A stretch of DNA of 64,000 bases from the NCBI GenBank assembly GCA_024346625.1, contig AP024664.1:1984001-2048000 (forward strand), in the 5' to 3' direction. Shown here piece by piece: positions 56,386 to 64,000 of the stretch (the first letter of the stretch is position 1; the number at the start of each line of letters is the position of its first letter). The translations under genes and the position numbers were made by a program. Below the pieces are notes generated by a model. That model was not told where the DNA came from. It did no database searches and saw only the letters and a program-made list of their open reading frames with translations. Source of the stretch: Williopsis jadinii (Eukaryota).

Positions 56386-59300
56386 CTATGTAGACTCAAA
56401 CAACATCTGGATCTCTTCCACTCTTCTCTTTCTCCTCTCTTCTTCTTCGGCTTCGACAGCCTCGCCGATAGTTCTCTTCCTCTCCTGGATCTTCAGCATC
56501 TTCTCCTCGATACTTCCCTCCATTATGAACCTAACCACCTTGACATTGTTACTCTGGCCAATTCTATGTATACGGTCAATGGCCTGATCCTCGACACTAG
56601 GAGACCACCATGGATCACACATATATGCTCTAGAGGCCTCAGTCAAGTTTAGTCCAACACCACCGGCCTTCAGAGACAGCAGAAGAACTGTGACTTTGTC
56701 ATTGGCTGATTTGAAGTTATCCAACACTTTCTTCCTCTTCTCAAAGCTTAGACGACCATCAAACTTGTAAACCTCAAATCCTGGTTCCTTCGAGAAGACA
56801 TTCTCCATGATGTCCAGGAACGAAGAAAACTGTGAAAAGACAACAACTTTCTCATTGGGACAAGTATCCCTAACCATTCTCAGGTGTGATAACAGGGCAT
56901 TCATCTTGGACGACCTGAGATTGGCATAGGGAAGCAAAGAATAAGAGCCAGGTTCGTTAACTTTGATCGTCCGTTGTGGCTGTAACAGCCTGGATGATGA
57001 GATCTCTGCCTTGCAATTTGGACACTGGGGAGTTTGGTTTCGTAGCTCTTGATAGTTACAGTGCTCCAATAGACAGCCTAGGCAAAAGGAATGGCCGCAT
57101 TCGGTGAAGCAGATCTCCTCAAAAGGTGTGATTGGATCCGCAAGGCATATGGCACATTCCAATTCGTTCAAATTGAGGTATGTCTTGTGGATGTGGGCGA
57201 TGGCAATGTTCATTTCATTTGGAGGGAAGGCTTCTGAATCGGAAAGCAGTTCTGCTGGTATATCCAGAGGTGTCAAGTTCTTCGAAGATAAGTCTTCGTC
57301 CATCTCCTCTGACGAGCTTGTGAGCAAATCCATATGGCAACACATTTGTCTGAGCCTCAGGATATGGACAAGAATCATCGTATACTTTCTGAGAATATCA
57401 CCTCTTTTGATACCATCTTTAACAGAGGATTCTGCCCTCATAAGAAACCAGTCATACAGTCTTCTCTCCTTCGGACTAAATTTGACCTTCTCGATGACAA
57501 CCTCTTTAGCAGGCAGTTCCACTAGTGGTTTGCCGTTCTTTTTCATGTTCTTCGTTCGTCTCAACAAGATGGGTTCCAGGATGGACTGTACTACATCCAA
57601 TGCCTGTTTGTAGTCCTTCTTTGCAAATGGAACAGTGATGAACGTGTTCCAATATGATATATTGGCCCAAGGTTCCAGCTCCAAAAACTTGATTAATGAG
57701 TAGAGATCATCTAATCTGTTGATGATTGGTGTACCAGTTAACAGCCATTTACGCGTACTCTTCAGCTCATAGCAGGCCTTTGTTGTCTTGTTCAGTCTAT
57801 TCCTTATGTTATGGCCTTCATCAAGGACAATCCTGAAGAATTTAACACTGAATACTGAACCATGTAGGATACCCCCATTAGCTGACATCTTTGACCACTC
57901 AGCCTGAACTGTACCGTATGACGTCAAAACCACCATAGGTGGATCTGGAACACATAGCGTGTCCTTCAAGTTGATCCCTGTGTCTGATCCGTAGTACACC
58001 AGCACTGATGAGTTATCATTGTTAGCTTTCAAGAATTCATCCTGCCATTGCGACAACAGGGAAGTTGGAACAATAATCAACGTTGTTGCATAGGCATATG
58101 CTGAACTGGAAGGGCTCTGTAGATCAAACGTCTTGTCCCTAGGAGTATGGTGGATCAGTGCCAACGTTGAAATGGTCTTACCGAGACCCATTTCATCCGC
58201 AAGGATACCACCTTTGCACTGGTTTTTCAATATAGGCTTCTCTAGGGAGAACTCTCCAGAGTAGAGATTACCGTAAAACGAGTCTTGACCTTCAAACCTC
58301 GGTCTCAAGCTTTCTTTACGCATCACGACCCAGGATCTATCCTTGGGCCATTTGAAAGCCTTCCACAGTGGATTCATAAGTTCACTGGAGTCGTCATTAC
58401 TCTCCAGTTCCCGTTCGCTTCTCAGCATCCACGTCAGGCCTTGCTTCTGGTACGATCTCAGTTGCAATTTGAAATTATCTCCAACTTCGGTCTCCGGGAG
58501 TGTTTCAAGGACCTTTTCAGTCTGGGTTCTCTTGTAGAATTCCTTCAGCTGGTTCAGATTCATCTCGTCTGTTTCAGATTGAGTAGATGTGTGTGGTGTC
58601 TTGACCACTTGTAAATCTAAGTCATCGCTCTCTAAATCTATAACTTCAACATCTTCAGGTTCCGGTTCCGGTTCATGTGCCTTATCCGGATCAACAACCT
58701 CGAAGTTCAGCCTGTTGAACAGCTTAAACATTGCCACTTGTCGATCCCGTTTCAGCTTCTCATCTGGTGTCACCTGCGCACCATTCTCAAATCCTCTGTG
58801 CCTCACGAGTTTGATATCATCTTCAGATGTCTTCGCCTTGTACTTTTCGAATATCTTTGAAGTGAGGAAGCAATCCAATTGAACAATGAAGGAATCACCA
58901 GTATGTAGTCTTCCATCGCATAACACCATTGTCACATCGAAATCGCAAACATCATGATCCACCAAATGGTAAAGCATCGAGGCTATATCTTCTGGCAGTC
59001 TACCAACTTCTTGACGTTTTGAAGGATCATCTATGTCCTTAATCAGCTTAACATAGGATCCAGAGGCACCATTAGTCCTCCGTCGCTTTGTAAAGTTGGA
59101 CAAATCAGCAAATCGCTTTGTCACCGTGAGACGAGTACCATATGGTATGGGCTTTACTGTTGGCCTCGTCGCCCACCCAGTAACTTGTAGGCTTCCAATA
59201 AACCTTCTCCATTTGATCGACTCTGGGATTGGCTTTTGAGTCAGTGATTCGATCTTGCTTGCCTTCTCCCTACTCCGTTGAGAAGAATGGAGGCAAGACA

Positions 59301-59823
59301 AGACTGGTCTGGGAAGCCCGGATGGCCCCCATAGAGCATCTTCATCAGAGCCTGGAGTTCCATCTCTTTCCACAGCCTGTGGCTGTGGTGGGATGTAAAC
59401 CATGGGCTCTGGCTTGAAAGCATCCTCCTCAAAGTAGTGGTTGACTGCTTTAATCACTGGATCCTCGTGGTCTTTATATCTGTCATACAGCTCTTTCAAC
59501 AGTCCTGGACTCATCTCCGGCACTATTGCCTGGACCTGTGATTCAAAGAGAATGAACCTATCATCATAGGCGGACTCGCCAGGTTCAGCGGACTTTTCAG
59601 GTTCAGCAGACTCGCCAGCATTACGATCATCACACTCTTCCTCATCGTCGTCATCCTCAGGGACAAACAGACCCTTCGTGCCCGTTGATCGCACACCAAC
59701 CTGTGGCGATGACGGCAGTGTATCGATCCTATCGTTGTCCTCTCTCACCGTAGCACCATCCTCCTGTTCTGTCTTAAGAAAAGAGGAATCCTCAGAGAAG
59801 AACCTCGAGCCTTCCGACGTCAT
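56386..59823 (-). CDS. RAD5: SNF2 helicase / RING E3 ligase (1145 aa)
   Basis: HIRAN domain, GGILADEMGLGKT, DEGH, RING CAIC...CGHSFC..C...CPNC, QAIDRIHRIGQ. ATG at 59823. Confidence 0.95.
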   Translation of the reverse strand: MTSEGSRFFSEDSSFLKTEQEDGATVREDNDRIDTLPSSPQVGVRSTGTKGLFVPEDDDDEEECDDRNAGESAEPEKSAEPGESAYDDRFILFESQVQAIVPEMSPGLLKELYDRYKDHEDPVIKAVNHYFEEDAFKPEPMVYIPPQPQAVERDGTPGSDEDALWGPSGLPRPVLSCLHSSQRSREKASKIESLTQKPIPESIKWRRFIGSLQVTGWATRPTVKPIPYGTRLTVTKRFADLSNFTKRRRTNGASGSYVKLIKDIDDPSKRQEVGRLPEDIASMLYHLVDHDVCDFDVTMVLCDGRLHTGDSFIVQLDCFLTSKIFEKYKAKTSEDDIKLVRHRGFENGAQVTPDEKLKRDRQVAMFKLFNRLNFEVVDPDKAHEPEPEPEDVEVIDLESDDLDLQVVKTPHTSTQSETDEMNLNQLKEFYKRTQTEKVLETLPETEVGDNFKLQLRSYQKQGLTWMLRSERELESNDDSSELMNPLWKAFKWPKDRSWVVMRKESLRPRFEGQDSFYGNLYSGEFSLEKPILKNQCKGGILADEMGLGKTISTLALIHHTPRDKTFDLQSPSSSAYAYATTLIIVPTSLLSQWQDEFLKANNDNSSVLVYYGSDTGINLKDTLCVPDPPMVVLTSYGTVQAEWSKMSANGGILHGSVFSVKFFRIVLDEGHNIRNRLNKTTKACYELKSTRKWLLTGTPIINRLDDLYSLIKFLELEPWANISYWNTFITVPFAKKDYKQALDVVQSILEPILLRRTKNMKKNGKPLVELPAKEVVIEKVKFSPKERRLYDWFLMRAESSVKDGIKRGDILRKYTMILVHILRLRQMCCHMDLLTSSSEEMDEDLSSKNLTPLDIPAELLSDSEAFPPNEMNIAIAHIHKTYLNLNELECAICLADPITPFEEICFTECGHSFCLGCLLEHCNYQELRNQTPQCPNCKAEISSSRLLQPQRTIKVNEPGSYSLLPYANLRSSKMNALLSHLRMVRDTCPNEKVVVFSQFSSFLDIMENVFSKEPGFEVYKFDGRLSFEKRKKVLDNFKSANDKVTVLLLSLKAGGVGLNLTEASRAYMCDPWWSPSVEDQAIDRIHRIGQSNNVKVVRFIMEGSIEEKMLKIQERKRTIGEAVEAEEEERRKRRVEEIQMLFEST

Positions 59824-59888
59824 CAACGATCCTTCTGTCTCTTCACACACGAACTGGAGGCGAACAGGAACGAAAACTCTTCAACTAA

Positions 59889-59923
59889 ACGCGTATTGTA
59901 TGCGGTTTGCTCGTTATACGCGT
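59889..59923. promoter_or_regulatory. Two MCB elements upstream of RAD5
   Basis: ACGCGT at 59889-59894 and 59918-59923. Confidence 0.7.
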
Positions 59924-60093
59924 CTCTCGCGTGGCTTGACTGCCTAATACAGTAAGTGAAAACTCGACTCATCATATATAGAAAGTCTATACGGTAGGGG
60001 CACACACTGTTTACATATCTCCACTGAGCCATAAGTTACTTTTGTCTTCTTCCTCATCGCCATTGAAACCCTGTGGAGGAGGCTCATTTGGGC

Positions 60094-61050
60094 ATGAGTC
60101 TTCCGTTTAAATGCGTCCAGAGGGTCATAGGACACCCCACGGTCCGACTGTGGTGCTACCGGCTCACGTTCTTCTTCTTCATGCTCTTCTTCATTGGGTT
60201 TTGCGCTGTTGTCCCCATTGATGCCATTTCAAAGGCCTCACAGTCCTCCAACTATGCCTTGAACACGTTTGTCGTTGTTGGTGCTCTTGTGCTGTTTGGC
60301 GTGTTCAGTGCGTTCATCACCACGACGAGGATATTCATCCTTCGGAGCTCCCTGGGAGATATTCCGAAGAGGTATGTTCCACTGGACGTGGACGATTTAC
60401 CGCATGCCTGTATCAAGATGATTGAGGCCAACTTTGACAAGTGCGAGCATATACGGAAGAGGGCGCTGGTTGCCCCATCGTCTGTTAAGCACGCTGGCCT
60501 GTCGAGCCCTGATTCCGACGTGCTGCCACCGCTGTTGAGATACGAGGATACCATCCGTGCCATCGGCATGAAGCTGAAATGGGACAACACCTCTGTCATG
60601 AACAACCTTGCGGTTCCCAAGAACTTGTCGTTCAGGGAGATTGTTGCCTTTCTCGAAGAGAACAAGGATGTCTCTAATACAAGGGCGTGCAGGGAGTACG
60701 TTGAGCTCTATGAAGAGCTGAGGTACTCTGGGAAGCTGATTACCGAGGAGAAATTCGTACGCTTCATGGAGCTGTCTCTGGAGTTCATCAAGGACATCAA
60801 CGAGAACAACTCGGATATGCCTGATATCGACTACAAGGCGGAGATGGAGGAGCTCCAGTCCGTGAGAAAGAGACACACGCCTAGAAGCACTCCAAAGAAC
60901 TCTGATGACGACTCAACCAGCACCTCGAGGGACGAGGACGACGACGACGACGACAACAACGATGACGACTACAACTACAACGACGACGACGACGTCTACT
61001 GGCTCACCCCAACAATGACAGTAGCTCTACATACAAACACCACTCAATAA
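60094..61050 (+). CDS. DLT1: Defect-at-low-temperature membrane protein (318 aa)
   Basis: Two N-terminal TM helices (VVPIDAI...NTFVVVGA), SLGDIPKRYVP, HAGLS; synteny with SAS2/ECM16. Confidence 0.8.
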   Translation: MSLPFKCVQRVIGHPTVRLWCYRLTFFFFMLFFIGFCAVVPIDAISKASQSSNYALNTFVVVGALVLFGVFSAFITTTRIFILRSSLGDIPKRYVPLDVDDLPHACIKMIEANFDKCEHIRKRALVAPSSVKHAGLSSPDSDVLPPLLRYEDTIRAIGMKLKWDNTSVMNNLAVPKNLSFREIVAFLEENKDVSNTRACREYVELYEELRYSGKLITEEKFVRFMELSLEFIKDINENNSDMPDIDYKAEMEELQSVRKRHTPRSTPKNSDDDSTSTSRDEDDDDDDNNDDDYNYNDDDDVYWLTPTMTVALHTNTTQ

Positions 61051-61269
61051 TACGCCAATTCCGGCCCTACTACACCGCCTGTAAATACGCTCATCGCTTC
61101 CTCCGTGCTTAGATCAGCCGTGATCTCCGCGGTGGAAATTTTATAAGGGCGCACGCCCGAGCTGGACGGTGCCGGCTGTTTACGTCCTCTTTCCAATGTT
61201 TTCTTCCCTTTCCTCTTTGTTTTGATTTCTCTTTCTCTCTATTTCTTCATCCGTGCTATCAATCAGAAG

Positions 61270-62544
61270 ATGCTGTTGAGTCGTTTGCTGTTGAGTCGTT
61301 TGCTGCTGCTCGGTGCTGTTCACGGTGTTGTGAACGGTGCTGCCGACACTGAAACCATCACGCCAACCGTTGGTGTCGAGGCCGTCACGGCCAGTGGTGC
61401 AGCCAGTAGCACCGATGAGGCCCTGACGGCCGTGCCACTGATGAAGCGATACCAGAAGGTTAGGCTTCCAAAGACCACTACCACTTCATCGTCGGTGGAG
61501 CAGCCACAGCCGTGGGTGCGTACTATCTACGACGACGTTGTTGAGATCGTGACGCCGACAATCATTGGTGGTGTTACCTTCTTTGCTAAACCACCAGCGG
61601 ATACTGGTCTACCTCAGCCTTGGATCTCGCTGAACAAGAACGGTTCTCCAAAGACAATCACGCCGCAGCTGAAGAACGGTAGAACGAAGAACGCGTCGCC
61701 TACGTACTCCACGTACTTCCAAACCGCAACGACAATAACGTACGGGTACGACGATCTCAAGGCCCACAACATGGACCCAGGCGCTATCCACACCGAGGTG
61801 GAGTGGATCCCTGAGGATGGCACCTATGTTGATCTGAATCCTCTTGTGAGATGTACGCCTGAATTCTACAGAAAGCAAGGCATTGCCCGTGATAGATCCA
61901 GTGAACCGTTCTGTACGCCTTATGAGAAGACCGAGTTGGCGATGGGGAAGACCTACTTCATCACCTGGTACACGAACTTCTTCCAGCCACACGAGGAGTA
62001 CGTCCGTCTACACTTCACCTACGTCAAGGAAAGTCTCATGGAGAAGGGCATGAAGAAAAGAGACGTTGAAGGTGCGTTCTTCTCGACACCTTGGATCGAA
62101 AACCTCCATGGGTTTTATGCTTTTGAAATCCAAGAGGAATGGTTGTTGAACGACTGGATACAACCTATTGCAGTGTCTTTACAGCCAAAGAGCGTCCCTG
62201 ATGATGAGTTTGACCTGTTGAAAGACGCAACAATGTTCAAGATTGCCAGAGGCACTAAAGTCAGTAAAAACACAAAGGAGATGAGAGCTCGTCAAGATCA
62301 AGGTATCAGCGATGATACTTGGTACTACGTGATGCTGTCTGTTCCTTCAGTGATTTGCGTGTCTGCATTGGGTATGTACTTCTTTGTCTGGCTCACAAGA
62401 GGTGACCGTGATATCTCTGCCATTAGAAGACAGGTCTACAAACAACAGCACAAGATCCTGGGTAAGTTCAAACCTTCGAGCAAGAACAAGAAATACTCAG
62501 AACTACCACAGTTCGACAGACGTGGTGGTCCAAAGCTTTCATAA
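61270..62544 (+). CDS. PSG1: Psg1 (YKL077W)-like type I Golgi membrane protein (424 aa)
   Basis: Signal peptide, KR sites, PQPWVRTIY...IVTPTIIGGVTF, P.VRCTP, TYFITWY, one TM helix and a basic tail. Confidence 0.78.
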   Translation: MLLSRLLLSRLLLLGAVHGVVNGAADTETITPTVGVEAVTASGAASSTDEALTAVPLMKRYQKVRLPKTTTTSSSVEQPQPWVRTIYDDVVEIVTPTIIGGVTFFAKPPADTGLPQPWISLNKNGSPKTITPQLKNGRTKNASPTYSTYFQTATTITYGYDDLKAHNMDPGAIHTEVEWIPEDGTYVDLNPLVRCTPEFYRKQGIARDRSSEPFCTPYEKTELAMGKTYFITWYTNFFQPHEEYVRLHFTYVKESLMEKGMKKRDVEGAFFSTPWIENLHGFYAFEIQEEWLLNDWIQPIAVSLQPKSVPDDEFDLLKDATMFKIARGTKVSKNTKEMRARQDQGISDDTWYYVMLSVPSVICVSALGMYFFVWLTRGDRDISAIRRQVYKQQHKILGKFKPSSKNKKYSELPQFDRRGGPKLS

Positions 62545-62775
62545 CCATCATTCTCTGAACACATCACTTAATTCATTCCCCATATTTTTTTGATCCTTGT
62601 AACTTACCAAGACAACTACGGCAATTATCATGGGTGTCAACTTGCCGTTGATGGCATTATATTTGGATCCCATCGATTACAGCCAATATCAACAGCAAAC
62701 ACTCTGAAGACATTGGCTTGGAATTATAGAACGCTATAAAAAGATCTCACCAATGCCAGTGACAGATACGTGATT

Positions 62776-63309
62776 TTACATCCTGCTCTTCTCTATAAGG
62801 GCACTTCCATAATCACTCTTGCCTCCTCTCTTTGCAACAACTTCTATGCCTTCAATAACCATTTGTTTATCAACAGCTTTGCACATGTCGTAAACATTCA
62901 GCAACGCTACCGTGACACCAGTCAACGCCTCCATTTCAACACCTGTTTTCCCATCGCACTTCACTTGACACTCCACTCTGATGCTGTTTATATCTTGGAG
63001 AACGTCAATGGAAATGGAAGCCTTTGTCACGGGTAACGGATGGCATAGTATCACCAGCTCTGATGTCCTTTTCACACCAGATAAGCCCGAAATTCTCGTG
63101 AGTGAAATAACATCGCCTTTCTTGTTTGAATTATCCTCTATCTGGGCTATGGATAAGTCGTTACTGAACCTGATGAACCCTTCAGCGATTGCCATTCTGG
63201 ACGTCACTTGCTTCTCAGTAATGTCAATCATTCGGGCTTCACCTTTCTCATTCAAATGGGTCAACTTGTGACTCTTTGTAGAGTAAAATCTAACCCCAAA
63301 CTGTCTCAT
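62776..63309 (-). CDS. moaC: Cyclic pyranopterin monophosphate synthase (MoaC / MOCS1B / Cnx3 type)
   Basis: LTHL...ARMIDITEK, KKGDV, LCHPL, KTGVEMEALTG, YDMCKAVDK and KRGGKS motifs. Confidence 0.95.
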   Translation of the reverse strand: MRQFGVRFYSTKSHKLTHLNEKGEARMIDITEKQVTSRMAIAEGFIRFSNDLSIAQIEDNSNKKGDVISLTRISGLSGVKRTSELVILCHPLPVTKASISIDVLQDINSIRVECQVKCDGKTGVEMEALTGVTVALLNVYDMCKAVDKQMVIEGIEVVAKRGGKSDYGSALIEKSRM

Positions 63310-63323
63310 TGGACGCTGGTTAC

Positions 63324-63383
63324 CTATGATCCTTTCGTGTTAGTGAAAACTATACCACTGTCTAAACAAATATCGAGACTCAC
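63324..63383 (-). other. Intron spanning the MoaA stop codon, with alternative acceptors (AAG ending 63332; TAG ending 63324)
   Basis: GG|GTGAGT donor 63383-63378 contains the TGA; CACTAAC branch 63345-63339. Confidence 0.75.
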
Positions 63384-64000
63384 CCACCAATCAGTGTCAT
63401 TGGTCTATTCTTCATGGTCTTTAACTCGTCTAGTCCTGCATGCTTTTCCTTCTTGGACTTCACAGCCTCCCCAATAACCTCCAAGATCTCGTCCTTTGGA
63501 ACGTTTGACCTTATCATATCCCGAAGACTAACTTCTTCATTACCAAATAGACACACTTTCAAGTTCCCATCAGACGTGAGTCTTAGCCTGTTACAATCGC
63601 TGCAAAAGTCGTCTGTCATTGAAGTGATGAACCCAACAGAACCCACCCAATCAGGCGACTTGAACACCTTTGCTGTTTCACCCGACTTATGGTCTCTATG
63701 AACCATTAATGGATGCTTCTGCAGAATTAACTCTTTCATCTCTCTGTACGATATCACTTTGTTCAGCTCCCATTTGTTACCATCAAACGGCATGTACTCG
63801 ATAAATCTCACCTCTATGGGCCACCACTGTGCCAACTTCACAAACGCTAGGATTTCATCTTCATTGACACCACGGATCACAACACAGTTCAGCTTCACTT
63901 TGATTCCCAGCTCCAACGCCCTTTCAAGGGACTTCAGCACCTGGTTCAGCCCATTTCTTCGGGTAATGGTCATGAACTTCCCGTCCTGAAGTGTATCAAG
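63380..64000 (-). CDS. moaA: GTP 3',8-cyclase (MoaA / MOCS1A / Cnx2 type), 3' part only
   Basis: LDTL, RFIEYMPF, CX2CX13C (FCSDCNRLRLTSDGNLKVC) and C-terminal RPMTLIGG*. Confidence 0.95.
   Translation of the reverse strand, partial: LDTLQDGKFMTITRRNGLNQVLKSLERALELGIKVKLNCVVIRGVNEDEILAFVKLAQWWPIEVRFIEYMPFDGNKWELNKVISYREMKELILQKHPLMVHRDHKSGETAKVFKSPDWVGSVGFITSMTDDFCSDCNRLRLTSDGNLKVCLFGNEEVSLRDMIRSNVPKDEILEVIGEAVKSKKEKHAGLDELKTMKNRPMTLIGG

Overview
Gene-dense 64-kb window from a budding yeast (Saccharomycotina) nuclear genome. It uses the standard code: conserved Leu positions use CTG, e.g. ASF1 DDLEWKLTY. The presence of molybdenum-cofactor genes and short GTAAGT/GTGAGT...(N)ACTAAC...YAG introns suggests a nitrate-assimilating Phaffomycetaceae-type yeast such as Cyberlindnera; this is inference, not proven. 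About 27 protein genes were identified: a PAP2 lipid phosphatase (partial), PAH1, FET3, APM3, GCN20, COA6, FAA1/4, CLD1, DIS3, a CWP1-like gene, POM152, SMF3, an HSP30/YRO2-like opsin relative, RNA14, a Zn2Cys6 factor, two GH76 enzymes (DFG5 plus a GPI-less paralog), a HAD hydrolase, ASF1, an HPD-motif orphan, RSC58, ECM16/DHR1, SAS2, RAD5, DLT1, PSG1, MoaC and the 3' end of MoaA. Four introns missed by the ORF track were read by hand. Best finding: the MoaA stop codon lies inside a 5' splice site, and two alternative 3' acceptors yield either free MoaA(-GG) or an in-frame MoaA-MoaC fusion with an internal mitochondrial-presequence-like linker, a MOCS1A/MOCS1AB-type switch. More tentative: a decayed TnpB/Fanzor-like C-terminus in an intergenic region, an orphan Mac1-type copper promoter in the 5-kb desert upstream of FET3, and two candidate structured RNAs. 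All gene calls come from motif or sequence recognition by eye; no searches were run.
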